From NCBI GenBank assembly GCA_044222185.1, contig JBGANV010000005.1, positions 1 to 64,000 of the forward strand: a stretch of DNA of 64,000 nucleotides. The letters run 5' to 3'. This DNA is from Planctomycetota bacterium. Lineage in GTDB: Bacteria; Planctomycetota; GCA-002687715; CAIWVZ01. Shown here in pieces: positions 21,384-33,870 of this stretch (position 1 is the first letter of the stretch; each line of letters opens with the position of its first letter). The position numbers and the translations under genes were made by a program. Below the pieces are notes generated by a model. The model was not told where the DNA came from, did no database searches, and was given only the letters and a program-made list of their open reading frames with translations.

Positions 21384-23000
21384 TCACCAGATGTAAAGGC
21401 GTCGCGCCGGCGAGAGCGCGTATGTCCCTCCGCCGAGTTGGAACGACCCCGCTGGATCGGCGACCACCCACTGTGCAAAGAAGTCCTGACCGAAGAGCTG
21501 CGGGATCACCGGAATGGAGAGGACGATCTGTGCCGTGCCCGCCGCGCCGACGGTCACGAACCCGAGCGGGCCGCTCGGCAGGATGATCTGAGAGGGGTTC
21601 ACGTCGAGCCAGAGCGTGCAGCCGGAGGTCAGCACACCGGCGCCGAGGGTCAGCCCGAGAACAGCCGAAGCGCCGGGCAACGCATTCGTGACAGTCAACG
21701 CGCAGGCCGGGTTCCCGAGGATGCACGGCCCGACGGTGAAGCCCATGTCCCCATTGGACCCTCCGCAGCCAGCGGCGTACACGGCCTCGTTCCGGGTGAC
21801 GCCGAGGTACAGCGTGAAGCTCGCCGGCAGCTGCAGTGAGGCCGCCGCCACGATGATGTCGACATCGCCGTCCGCGTCGACATCCCACGGAGCCAGTCCC
21901 TGGATCGAGACGCCACCGCTCGGTGCGCCGATGGCGAAGTACGTGGCACCGAGGCTCGCCGAGACGGACGTCGTGCGGTAGATCCCCGTCGTCCGCGTGA
22001 ACTCGAAGGAGCCGTCCAGATCGAAGTCCTCGAGCAGTCCTCGAACGGCAAATCCCCACGGAACCTGGTTGCTCGCATAGGACGTCGCACCGCCCAAGCC
22101 CGCGAACGACCCGAAGGCCGTCGCCATCTCCGTCGTGATTCCGCCCGTCGCGAAGCTCGTCAACCCGACGAGGAAGACGTCGTCGATGCCGTCCGCGTTC
22201 AGGTCTCGCGCGAACGCCTCCGACGCCGAGAACGACCCGAGCGTTCCCACGGGAAGCGGGACCGGCCCTGGCGCCGTGAAGCCGCCGCCGGCGATGCGGT
22301 ACATCACGTGGAGTTGGGGGACGAGCGAGTCGGTCCACGCGACGTCCTTGAGCCCGTCGTTGTTGAAGTCTCCCACGCAGAGTGCGGGGTCCGGCTCGGA
22401 CAACGGTGCGGTGAAGGTCGTGACGATCGTGCTGCCGAGACCCGTGGGCTCCAGCACCACGAGCGTGGGGACATTCGCAGCCGTCGTCGTGCGCCCAGCG
22501 ACGATGACGTCGGTGCCGCCATCGCCATCGAGGTCCGCGACGGCGATGCCGGCGACGTTCTGATGCACGACGCCGGACGCATCGGCGCCCCCAACCACGA
22601 ACGCGCCGCCACCGACGTTCAACAGAGCCTTGACGTAGGCAGGCCACACGCTCACGACCAGATCCAACAGCCCGTCCGCATTCAGGTCCCGCGCCGCCAT
22701 GACCGTGATGACGTATCCCGGGAAGCTTGCCTCTGCGACCGACGCGACCGCTGGCGCAAAGCCGCCAGGGGTTCCGGCGCAGTAATACACTTGGCTCGCC
22801 GAGCCTCCGACGACGGCGTCGACGTAGCCGTCGTGATCGAAGTCCGCCGTCACGAGAGACCGGAACGCGTCACTGATCGATGGAGTGACGGCGACGAGAG
22901 GCGTGGGCCACAGGAGTCCGCCGGACTGGGCGCCGGCGGTCCCGGCCCAAACGAAGGCCAGGATCGACACGAGGAATGCGCGAGATCGGAGTCCAACCAT
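21384..23000 (-). CDS. Secreted FG-GAP/VCBS-repeat protein with C-terminal lineage-type domain
   Basis: Signal peptide ending AGAQ; seven DFDHDG/DLNADG/DLDGDG-type repeats. Confidence 0.85.
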   Translation of the reverse strand: MVGLRSRAFLVSILAFVWAGTAGAQSGGLLWPTPLVAVTPSISDAFRSLVTADFDHDGYVDAVVGGSASQVYYCAGTPGGFAPAVASVAEASFPGYVITVMAARDLNADGLLDLVVSVWPAYVKALLNVGGGAFVVGGADASGVVHQNVAGIAVADLDGDGGTDVIVAGRTTTAANVPTLVVLEPTGLGSTIVTTFTAPLSEPDPALCVGDFNNDGLKDVAWTDSLVPQLHVMYRIAGGGFTAPGPVPLPVGTLGSFSASEAFARDLNADGIDDVFLVGLTSFATGGITTEMATAFGSFAGLGGATSYASNQVPWGFAVRGLLEDFDLDGSFEFTRTTGIYRTTSVSASLGATYFAIGAPSGGVSIQGLAPWDVDADGDVDIIVAAASLQLPASFTLYLGVTRNEAVYAAGCGGSNGDMGFTVGPCILGNPACALTVTNALPGASAVLGLTLGAGVLTSGCTLWLDVNPSQIILPSGPLGFVTVGAAGTAQIVLSIPVIPQLFGQDFFAQWVVADPAGSFQLGGGTYALSPARRLYIW

Positions 23001-23236
23001 GAGAGGCAACTTTCTCTTGCGGATGGCGTGCAAGGTCCGTTCTCGGATTTGCAAAGGGCGTTCCAAGCTGCGCCGCACCCGGATCTGGCGCGCCGCCGGG
23101 CGCTCGCGCGGGCTCTGCTGCACGGTCATGGTCACCAACGCGTGACATCGCCGCACCGACCCGTCCATCCGGTGCGGCCCCGAAACGATGGGGACGTCTC
23201 CCCTTGCCCACGGCACGCTCGCCCATAGCCTCACTC

Positions 23237-24703
23237 GTGACCGACGTCCCAGAACCGACACATTCACGAACGCGGGCCGCCAGCGTGCTGGTGTTCGCCG
23301 CGGTCTTCTTGCTCCACGGTTCCATCTTCAACGGCACCGGGTGGAACCAGAACGCTCGCTACGACGCGATCTTCGCGTGCGTCGAGCCCGGCCAGCCGGA
23401 GACCGGGACGTTTCGCATCGACCGCTTCGTCGTCGATCCCGTGCGCGGGGTCAACACGGGAGACTGGGCGCGACACGACGGGCACTACTACTCGAACAAA
23501 GCCCCAGGCAGCATGTTCGTGGGGATCCCGTTCTATGCCGCGCTCTTCCACGTCGAGCGCGCGATCGGGCTCGACCCCGACGCCTTCGGCGTCGCCACGT
23601 TCAACGGGTGGATGTTGAACGTGTGGGTGTCCGTGTTCTGGACGGCACTCGCGGCCGCGATGCTCCACTCGCGACTCGCCGAACGAGATCCGGCACGCGC
23701 CGCGTTCGTCACCGTCGCGTGGACGTTCGGGACGCTCGCATTCCCCTTCGACACGCAGCTGTGGGGTCACACGACGGCGGCGGCGTTCCTCGTGCTCGGG
23801 TGGATCTTCACGCAGCGCAACCGGCTCGTCGTCGCGGGCATCTGGTTCGGGCTTGCCGTGCTGTGCGACTTCATCGCCGCGGTCGGCGTCGTCGGCGTCG
23901 GCCTTGCGGCGGCGATCCGCCATCGAAACGCCTTCCCCATCGTCTGGCTCACCCTCGGTGCCGCGCCGCTCGCCATCCTCCTCATGAGCTACCACCAGCT
24001 CTGCTTCGGGGGCTGGCTCGAAACGGGATTCGCCCTCTCCAACCCCGACCTGTTCCGGGAGGCGGGTGGAGTTCGGGTCGTGGGGAAATTCAGTTGGGAC
24101 ACGCTCTGCCGCCTGCTCGTCTCCCTCGAACGGGGTGTGTTGATCTACTCACCCATCCTCGCATTCGCGGGCGTGGGTGCGTGGCACGGCGTGCGCGGCC
24201 CCGATCGCGTGAGGACGCTCGCGCACGTGTCGATCGTCGTCGCCACCCTCGCCCTGAACGCCGCGTTCTGGGGGTGGCATGGCGGAGGCAGCTCGGGGCC
24301 GCGGTATCTGATCACGAGCCTGCCGTTCTGGTGTCTGCTCCTTCCCTCGCCTGCCGCGATGGGAGCGACGGCACGGCGCGTGGCGGCGGGACTCCTCGCG
24401 GTGTCGTGCCTGAACATGCTGGCGATCTCGCTCGTCGACGTGATGGCGCTGCCCTCGACGCCGAACGTGCTGTTCGGTGACATCTGGCCATCTCTCTTCG
24501 GCGGCAGCCTCCACAAGAGCGCCTATGGGGTGAAGCTCTTCGACCACGAGCGCGTGACCATCGCAGCCGAGGCCGCGTTCGACGCCGTGACCCGCTGGAC
24601 CCCGCTGCACGGGGGCTGGGCGGCGCTGCCCTATGCCGCCGTGCTCTACGCCCTCGTCCGGTGGGCGACGAAATCGCCACGCCGCGTATCATCCGCACCA
24701 TGA
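23237..24703 (+). CDS. Polytopic membrane protein, possibly GT-C-fold glycosyltransferase-like
   Basis: Many TM segments; YYSNKAPG, ERGVLIYSP and WHGG.S.GPRYL motifs; stop overlaps the next ATG; start uncertain. Confidence 0.6.
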   Translation: MTDVPEPTHSRTRAASVLVFAAVFLLHGSIFNGTGWNQNARYDAIFACVEPGQPETGTFRIDRFVVDPVRGVNTGDWARHDGHYYSNKAPGSMFVGIPFYAALFHVERAIGLDPDAFGVATFNGWMLNVWVSVFWTALAAAMLHSRLAERDPARAAFVTVAWTFGTLAFPFDTQLWGHTTAAAFLVLGWIFTQRNRLVVAGIWFGLAVLCDFIAAVGVVGVGLAAAIRHRNAFPIVWLTLGAAPLAILLMSYHQLCFGGWLETGFALSNPDLFREAGGVRVVGKFSWDTLCRLLVSLERGVLIYSPILAFAGVGAWHGVRGPDRVRTLAHVSIVVATLALNAAFWGWHGGGSSGPRYLITSLPFWCLLLPSPAAMGATARRVAAGLLAVSCLNMLAISLVDVMALPSTPNVLFGDIWPSLFGGSLHKSAYGVKLFDHERVTIAAEAAFDAVTRWTPLHGGWAALPYAAVLYALVRWATKSPRRVSSAP

Positions 24704-26958
24704 AAATCGCGTGCATCGGCGGCGGCGCAGCAGGTCTGTACTTCTCCATCCTCATGAAGAAGCTGCGTCCGCAGGCGCAGATCACCGTCTACGAGCGCAA
24801 CAAGCCCGACGACACGTTCGGATTCGGCGTGGTCTTCTCCGACGAGACGCTCGGCCACTTCCGCGAGGCCGATCCGGATACGTTCGACGCGATCCGCAGG
24901 AACTTCGCGTCGTGGACGGACATCGACACCTGGTATCACGGCGAGAAGATCCGGTCGACGGGTCATGGGTTCTGCGGGCTCGCGCGCAAGAAGCTGCTCG
25001 AGATCTTCCAGGCGCGGTGCGCCGAACTCGGGATCGAGATGCGCTTCCAGCACGAGGTCCGCGATGACGCGGATGTGGGCCCAGCCGACCTCATCCTCGC
25101 CGCGGATGGCATCAACAGCTTCGTTCGCCAGAAGTACGCGGCCTCGTTCAAGCCCTCGGTGCACATGGGGAGCTGCCGCTTCACGTGGCTCGGGACCACG
25201 CTGCCGCTCGACGCCTTCACGTTCGTCTTTCGCGAGAACCACCACGGGCTGTTCCAGGTTCACGCGTATCCGTTCCAGACGGGTGAGAACCCGCTCAGCA
25301 CGTGGATCGTCGAGTGCAACGAGACCACCTGGAAGCGCGCGGGGTTCGACACGGCGACGGAAGCCCAGACGGTCACTTACTTCGAGGAGTTGTTCTCCGA
25401 CCATCTCCGCGGCCATCGACTGCTGACCAACCGCTCGATCTGGCGGGCGTTCCCCACGATCGCGTGTGAATCGTGGTGCCACGAGAACATCGTCCTCATG
25501 GGCGACTCGGCGCACACGGCCCACTTCTCCATCGGCTCGGGCACGAAGCTCGCCATGGAAGACGCCATCGCACTCCGCGACGCGTTCGCCGAAGCACAGT
25601 CAGTCGACGTGCCGTCCATCCTCCGCAGCTACGAGAAGAAGCGGATGGTGGAGACGATCAAGTTGCAGAAGACGGCGCAGACGAGCCGCGAGTGGTTCGA
25701 GAACTGCGCTCGATACCAGAAGCAGCCGCCCCTCGAGTTCGTGTTCAACATGCTCACGCGCTCGCGGCGCATCACGTGGGACAACCTGAAGAAGCGTGAC
25801 CCGGCACTCGTGACGCGCGTTGGCGACGCATTCGCGGATCAGGCCGGGACGCCGCGCAAGCCGGGCCGGCCTGCGCCGGCGCCCATGTTCGCGCCCATCA
25901 AGCTGCGGAACCTGTCGCTCCACAACCGGGTGATCGTCTCGCCCATGTGCCAGTACTCGGCGAAGGTCGGCACGCCGACCGAGTGGCACCTCGTACACCT
26001 CGGCAGTCGCGCGGTCGGCGGTGCCGCCTTGGTGTTCGCCGAGGCGACCGGCGTCTGCGCCGAGGGGCGGATCACCCACGGTTGCACGGGCCTTTGGAAC
26101 GACGAGCAGGAGGCGGCCTGGAAGCGCATCGTCGATTTCACGCACGCGCACAGCGCGGCGAAGATCGGCATCCAGATCGGTCACGCGGGTCGCAAGGCGT
26201 CGTGCCAGCTCCCGTGGGAAGGCGATTCGTCGCTGAGAGATTCGACGGCGTGGCAGACGATCGGGCCGTCGGCGATCCCCTTCCGACCGGATTGGCACGT
26301 GCCGCGCGAGATGACGCGGGCCGACATGGATCAGGTGCGCGACCTCTTCGTCGCTTCGACGAAGCGTGCGCATCGGGCCGGGTTCGACATTCTCGAACTT
26401 CACATGGCGCACGGATATCTGCTGTCGAGCTTCCTCTCGCCCAAGTCCAACCGCCGCGCCGATGCCTACGGCGGAAGTCGCGAGAACCGCATGCGGCTTC
26501 CCCTCGAGATCTTCGACGCCGTCCGCGCCGCGTGGCCGAAGGAGAAACCGCTCGCCGTGCGCGTCTCCGCATCCGATTGGCTCGATGATCAGGGCGGACA
26601 GACGATCGACGACACCGTCGCCTTTGCGAAGGAGTTGAAAGTCCGCGGCTGCGACGTCATCGACGTCTCGTCCGCCGGCAACACGCCCGAGTCCAAGGTC
26701 GAATACGGCCGGATGTATCAGGTCCCGTTCGCCGAGAGGATCCGCTACGAGGTCGAGATCCCCGTCATCGCCGTCGGCGGGATCCAAGGCGCCGATCACG
26801 TCAACTCGCTCGTCGCCTCCGGCCGCGCCGACCTCTGCGCTCTCGCGCGGCCGCATCTCCTCGATCCCTACCTCACGCTGCGCGCTGCGGCCGCCGATGG
26901 TTTCGGCGCCGTCCCCTGGCCAAACCAATACCTGGCCGTGCGCCCACGCCTCGATTGA
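24700..26958 (+). CDS. Bifunctional salicylyl-CoA 5-hydroxylase / 2-aminobenzoyl-CoA monooxygenase-reductase (AbmA-like)
   Basis: GGGAAGLY, DDTFGFGVVFSDETL and GDSAHTAHFSIGSGTKLAMEDA monooxygenase domain; NRVIVSPMCQYSA and HMAHGYLLSSFLSP old-yellow-enzyme domain. Confidence 0.93.
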   Translation: MKIACIGGGAAGLYFSILMKKLRPQAQITVYERNKPDDTFGFGVVFSDETLGHFREADPDTFDAIRRNFASWTDIDTWYHGEKIRSTGHGFCGLARKKLLEIFQARCAELGIEMRFQHEVRDDADVGPADLILAADGINSFVRQKYAASFKPSVHMGSCRFTWLGTTLPLDAFTFVFRENHHGLFQVHAYPFQTGENPLSTWIVECNETTWKRAGFDTATEAQTVTYFEELFSDHLRGHRLLTNRSIWRAFPTIACESWCHENIVLMGDSAHTAHFSIGSGTKLAMEDAIALRDAFAEAQSVDVPSILRSYEKKRMVETIKLQKTAQTSREWFENCARYQKQPPLEFVFNMLTRSRRITWDNLKKRDPALVTRVGDAFADQAGTPRKPGRPAPAPMFAPIKLRNLSLHNRVIVSPMCQYSAKVGTPTEWHLVHLGSRAVGGAALVFAEATGVCAEGRITHGCTGLWNDEQEAAWKRIVDFTHAHSAAKIGIQIGHAGRKASCQLPWEGDSSLRDSTAWQTIGPSAIPFRPDWHVPREMTRADMDQVRDLFVASTKRAHRAGFDILELHMAHGYLLSSFLSPKSNRRADAYGGSRENRMRLPLEIFDAVRAAWPKEKPLAVRVSASDWLDDQGGQTIDDTVAFAKELKVRGCDVIDVSSAGNTPESKVEYGRMYQVPFAERIRYEVEIPVIAVGGIQGADHVNSLVASGRADLCALARPHLLDPYLTLRAAAADGFGAVPWPNQYLAVRPRLD

Positions 26959-26960
26959 TC

Positions 26961-27534
26961 CGGAACGCCAGGCTTCGCCTGGCTGGATGGCAGGGCTCTG
27001 CCCTGCCTGGATTCCACCGCACCGAGGCACGGATCTGCGCCTCTCGCAGACGGCGACCTACCGCGCGGCCCTCAGCCGCGGACCGCACTCACACGTTCAC
27101 GGCAGCGCTGGAGCGCTGCCGGTCCGGCCAAGCGGAGCTTGGCGTTCCGACGCGGCGGAACGCCAGGTTTCACCTGGCTGGATGGCAGGGCTCTGCCCTG
27201 CCTGGATTCCACTGCGCAGAGGCACCGATCTGCGCCTCTCGCAGACGGCGACCTACCGCGCGGCCCTCAGCCGCGACCGCACTCACATCGTTCAGGGCAG
27301 CGCTGGAGCGCTGGTCCAGCCAGGAGCTTGGCGTTCCGGTGCGGAACGCCAGGGTTTCACCTGGCTGGATGGCAGGGCTCTGCCCTGCCTGGATTCCACT
27401 GCGCACAGGCACGATCTTCCCCGCAACGGCGACCTACCGCACGGCCGTCAGTCGCGGACCGCACTCACACGTTCGCGGCAGCGCTGGAGCGCTGCCGGTC
27501 CAGCCAAGCGGGAGCTTGGCGCTCCGACGCGGCG
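26961..27534. repeat. 195-bp tandem array, left part (units 1-3 plus the first 2 nt of unit 4); REPIN/BIME-like fold-back elements
   Basis: Units start with CGGAACGCCA at 26961, 27156 and 27342; units 2-3 carry small indels. Confidence 0.95.
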
Positions 27535-29402
<1,868 letters not shown>

Positions 29403-30373
29403 GAACGCCAGGTTCCACCTGGCTGGATGGCAGGGCTCTGCCCTGCCTGGATTCCACTGCGCAGAGGCACCGATCTGCGCCTCTCGCAGACGGCGACCTA
29501 CCGCACGGCCCTCAGCCGCGGATCGCACTCACACGTTCGCGGCAGCGCTGGAGCGCTGCCGGTCCAGCCAAGCGGAGCTTGGCGCTCCGACGCGGCGGAA
29601 CGCCAGGTTCCACCTGGCTGGATGGCAGGGCTCTGCCCTGCCTGGATTCCACCGCGCCGAGGCACGGATCTGCGCCTCTCGCAGACGGCGACCTACCGCA
29701 CGGCCCTCAGCCGCGGACCGCACTCACACGTTCGCGGCAGCGCTGGAGCGCTGCCGGTCCGGCCAAGCGGAGCTTGGCGTTCCGGTGCGGCGGAACGCCA
29801 GGTTTCACCTGGCTGGATGGCAGGGCTCTGCCCTGCCTGGATTCCAGTGCGCCGAGGCACGGATCTGCGCCTCTCGCAGACGGCGACCTACCGCACGGCC
29901 CTCAGCCGCGGACCGCACTCACACATTCGCGGCAGCGCTGGAGCGCTGCCGGTCCGGCCAAGCGGAGCTTGGCGTTCCGACGCGGCGGAACGCCAGGTTC
30001 CACCTGGCTGGATGGCAGGGCTCTGCCCTGCCTGAATTCCACTACGCAGAGGCACGGATCTGCGCCTCTCGCAGACGGCGACCTACCGCATGGCCGTCAG
30101 CCGCGGACCGCACTCACACGTTCACGGCAGCGCTGGAGCGCTGCCGGTCCGGCCAAGCGGAGCTTGGCGTTCCGACGCGGCGGAACGCCAGGTTCCACCT
30201 GGCCGGATGGCAGGGCTCTGCCCTGCCTGGATTCCACTGCGCAGAGGCACGGATCTGCGGCTCTCGCAGACGGCGACCTACCGCACGGCCGTCAGTCGCG
30301 GACCGCACTCACACGTTCGCGGCAGCGCTGGAGCGCTGCCGGTCCAGCCAAGCGGAGCTTGGCGTTCCGGTGC
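29403..30373. repeat. 195-bp tandem array, right part (units 4-8)
   Basis: Unit starts at 29403 (lacking CG), 29596, 29791, 29986 and 30181; exact 195-bp period; near-identical units. Confidence 0.97.
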
Positions 30374-30526
30374 AAGAGGGGAATCGCGACGATGATGCGC
30401 GCGGAGGTTCGAGCATGGCGCGTCTGGCGTTCGCGATCGACATCGACTGCGGGACTTCAGTGAGGTCGACGATGGCCCGTCCACCGACGACAGGCGGAGT
30501 CTCGCGCCGCGCGGGGTAAGCAGCTC

Positions 30527-32365
30527 TTGGACTGGCAGGCCGGATCGCTCCCCGGAATCCCCGCGTCGTACCTCCCCGAGGCGTTCGTGCGCGTGGTCGT
30601 CGATGGGCGCTACGCGATGGTGGGGGCCGCGATCGCGATCCCGATTCTCGGCTGGCTTCTGGCCCTATGGCATCGCGGCGGACCCGGTGCGATCGGCCGT
30701 AGCCGAGTCATCTCCGCGGCGTTCGCGATGACGGCCGCGCTGCTTGCGATCCTCGCGCACAGCTTCCGCGACGAGGTGTTCCTGAGTTTCCGCCAGGCGC
30801 AGATCCTCGCGGACCACGGCCGGTACTCGTTCCAGACCGACGGTTGGATCGACGGCACGAACGACGTGCTGTTCTACGTCCTGCTCGCAATCGGATCGAA
30901 GCTCGGGATCCCGGTCCCGCTGGGCGGATTGCTCGGCGGCGCGCTCTCATTCGGTGGAATGGTGTTCCTCGTGTCCCGCGAGGCCTGGCGACGCTCGCGC
31001 AGCCTCGTCGCCACGGCCGCCGCCGGAACGATGACGGCGGGGGCACCGTCGCTCGTCATCCTGGGCGGCAGTGGTTGGTCGGCGGCCTTCGTCGGACTCT
31101 GGACCGTCGCCGCCATGCGCGGCTGGCGGTCCGACCGATGGCGTTGGACCTTCGCATGGCTCGGGCTCCTTCCGCTGGTCCGAATGGACCTCTCCTACTA
31201 CACGATCCTGGTGGGCGCCGCGCTCGTCTGGGAGGGATCGACGCGCATGGGCCGCGATCGACGTGCCCTGATCCGATCCTTCCTCGCGGCGCTGGCGGGC
31301 CCGCTCGTCGTGCTGATGGCGTGGCGTTTCCTCTACGGCCACTTCATTCCCACGCCCGTGGTCCAGAAGCTCGGTGCACCAGGCGGGTTCGACCGACTGG
31401 GATCCGCCCTCCTCCGCGACGTCTTCACGCTCGGCGCCGACCTCTCGATGTTCGGGCCCGGACTGCTGGCACTGATCCTGTTCCGGCGCCGCCGACTCAC
31501 GTTCGCGGCGTGGTTGATCCCCGCGGCGATCCACGAGGCCCTCGTGTGCTGGCGCGGCGGTGATGATCACGAAGGACATCGCTACGTCGTCATACTCATC
31601 ACGGCCATCGCCATGCTCGCAGGCGCGGGAGCGGCGCGCGCTGCGCTGGTGTTCGGACTGCGGACGAAGGCCCGCCGACCGGTGGCGCGTAGCAGGGTGG
31701 CGCTCGTCGCCGCGTGCCTTGCCCTGGGGTTCGCCGCATCGCTCGGGCCGATCCCCGATCGGTTGAAGCGCGGCGTCGATGTGGCGACGTTCGATTGGTT
31801 CGGCAACGGCCCGGCCGCAATGGCTCGAAGCCGTCTCGTGAGCCACCGCGCAACCACGGCGTTCTTCAACTGGCTCGTGGATCGAAACCCGAGCGCGCGA
31901 CTGGGCACCTGCGAGCTCGGCTCGATCTTCCACGAGTTCTGCGGAATCGGCGTGGACCCTCTGGGCTTCATCGACCGGCACGTCGCCGAGGGTCCGCGCA
32001 ACCCGCACGCGACCATCGGCATTGCCGACAGCCGATTGGACACCGAGATCTGGACTCGCGAACGCCCGGACATCATCTGGCTCGACACGTTCGACGTCTT
32101 CGAGCCACAATTCACTCAAGTCCCGATGCCGGAGTCGCAGCCCGACGACCCAGGCTCACGCGTGCGCGCTGCGCTCGCAATCTTCATGGCGAGCCGTCAT
32201 CGGTGGTGGACGGCACCGTACCTCGTGCTGCCATGCATCGGGGAGGACTACGATCCGTGTGTCACGACGGTGAACGACCGATATCGGATCCTCTGGTTCG
32301 CCCGCCGCACGTCACGCGCGGCCTTCGATGCGCGGCTGAAGTCCGCAGGCTTCCGGCACGGCTGA
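30527..32365 (+). CDS. Polytopic membrane protein, GT-C/AftB-like glycosyltransferase
   Basis: RDEVFLSFRQAQILADHG...IDGT resembles the DDAFISFRYA..EG motif of this family; LVRMD, YGHFIPTP..K, GGD..RY and D.LGF.D; TTG start uncertain. Confidence 0.65.
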   Translation: MDWQAGSLPGIPASYLPEAFVRVVVDGRYAMVGAAIAIPILGWLLALWHRGGPGAIGRSRVISAAFAMTAALLAILAHSFRDEVFLSFRQAQILADHGRYSFQTDGWIDGTNDVLFYVLLAIGSKLGIPVPLGGLLGGALSFGGMVFLVSREAWRRSRSLVATAAAGTMTAGAPSLVILGGSGWSAAFVGLWTVAAMRGWRSDRWRWTFAWLGLLPLVRMDLSYYTILVGAALVWEGSTRMGRDRRALIRSFLAALAGPLVVLMAWRFLYGHFIPTPVVQKLGAPGGFDRLGSALLRDVFTLGADLSMFGPGLLALILFRRRRLTFAAWLIPAAIHEALVCWRGGDDHEGHRYVVILITAIAMLAGAGAARAALVFGLRTKARRPVARSRVALVAACLALGFAASLGPIPDRLKRGVDVATFDWFGNGPAAMARSRLVSHRATTAFFNWLVDRNPSARLGTCELGSIFHEFCGIGVDPLGFIDRHVAEGPRNPHATIGIADSRLDTEIWTRERPDIIWLDTFDVFEPQFTQVPMPESQPDDPGSRVRAALAIFMASRHRWWTAPYLVLPCIGEDYDPCVTTVNDRYRILWFARRTSRAAFDARLKSAGFRHG

Positions 32366-32480
32366 ACGGCGCGTGCGGCGGCACAGACGCTGGCGTCGCC
32401 GCAATGTCACGGTGTCAGCTTCCGCAGCCCGTGCGACGGGCGTCGTGAACGCGCGCCGGGCAGCGATAAGCTGCCCCGCC

Positions 32481-33692
32481 ATGCCAAACGCATTCCCGGC
32501 CGCGGTGGGTGACCTCTCGAAGCACTGGACGCTCGATCCGAACGTCGTGTTCCTCAATCACGGCTCCTTCGGCGCCTGCCCGCGCGTGGTGCTCGACGAG
32601 CAGACGAGATGGCGCGAGCGCCTCGAGCGGGAACCGGTGCTGTTCCTCGGCCGCGAGATCGAGCCGCTCCTCGACGAAGCGCGCGCCGCGCTCGGAAGGT
32701 TCCTCGGCTCGCACGCCGACAACCTCGCGTTCGTGTCCAATGCGACCGCCGGCGTCAACGCGGTGTTGCGCTCCCTCCGCTTCGCGCCCGGTGACGAGAT
32801 CGTCGTCCTGGATCAGGAGTACAACGCGACCACGAACGCAGCGATCGCCGTCGCCGAGCGGGCTGGCGCCAACGTCATCGTCGTCCGCACGCGGTTCCCG
32901 CTGGAGTCGCCGACCGAGATCGTGACGCCCGTCGTGAGTGCACTCGGGCCGAAGACGAAGCTCGTGATCATCGACCATGTCACGAGCCAGACCGGACTCG
33001 TCCTCCCCGTCGAGCCGGTCATCGCGGCTTGCCGTGCACGCGGAATCCGCGTGCTCGTCGACGGCGCGCACGCTCCCGCCATGCTGCCGCTCGCCCTCGA
33101 CGAGCTCGGCGCGGACTTCTACACGGGCAACTGCCACAAGTGGCTCTGCGCGCCCAAGGGCGCTGCGTTCCTCTACGTCCGACCCGATCACCACGACGCC
33201 ATCCGTCCCCTGTCGATCTCCCACGGCCTGAACTCCACGCGAACGGACCGCAACAAATACCGCCTCCTCTTCGACTGGACCGGCACGGACGACCCGACCG
33301 CGTTCCTCTGCGTTCCCGCGTCGATCCGTTTCCTCGAAACGCTCCTGCCGGGCGGAGTGAAAGCCGTGCGCGATCGTTGCCGGGCCACTTGCCTCGCGGC
33401 GCGGGATCGCATCCTCCAGGTGTTCGAGGCGCCACCTCCGGCACCGGAGTCCATGATCGGATCCCTGGCGACGATCCCCCTTCCCGCATGGGCTCGTGGC
33501 GATGCGCCGCCGCCGCTCTTCATCCACGCGATCCAGACCGAGCTGTTCGATCGCCATCGCATCGAGATTCCCGTGATGCCCTGGCCCGACGGCAACACCT
33601 GGCATCTGCGCCTCTCGGCCGCGGCCTACAACACCCCAGCCCACTACGAGGCACTCGCCGACGCCCTGACGACCATCCGCCGATCCCGTTGA
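32481..33692 (+). CDS. PLP-dependent class V aminotransferase (isopenicillin N epimerase / C-S lyase-like)
   Basis: FLNHGSFGACP, NATAGVN, DHVTSQT, DGAHAP and GNCHKWLCAPKG (PLP lysine). Confidence 0.92.
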   Translation: MPNAFPAAVGDLSKHWTLDPNVVFLNHGSFGACPRVVLDEQTRWRERLEREPVLFLGREIEPLLDEARAALGRFLGSHADNLAFVSNATAGVNAVLRSLRFAPGDEIVVLDQEYNATTNAAIAVAERAGANVIVVRTRFPLESPTEIVTPVVSALGPKTKLVIIDHVTSQTGLVLPVEPVIAACRARGIRVLVDGAHAPAMLPLALDELGADFYTGNCHKWLCAPKGAAFLYVRPDHHDAIRPLSISHGLNSTRTDRNKYRLLFDWTGTDDPTAFLCVPASIRFLETLLPGGVKAVRDRCRATCLAARDRILQVFEAPPPAPESMIGSLATIPLPAWARGDAPPPLFIHAIQTELFDRHRIEIPVMPWPDGNTWHLRLSAAAYNTPAHYEALADALTTIRRSR

Positions 33693-33870
33693 CGCGGGGC
33701 GGGCGAAACCGCACTCCGGCGCGCGAACTCGCCACGAAGCGACGTCCCATCTGCTGCCGTTGGGCGTCATTCGCATCGGTCCATTCCGAGGCACGAGCGT
33801 TGCATCCCCCGACGTGCCCGGCCAAACTGCGCTTCACTCGGAGTCCGTCCATCACTCCGCGAGGCCCCGC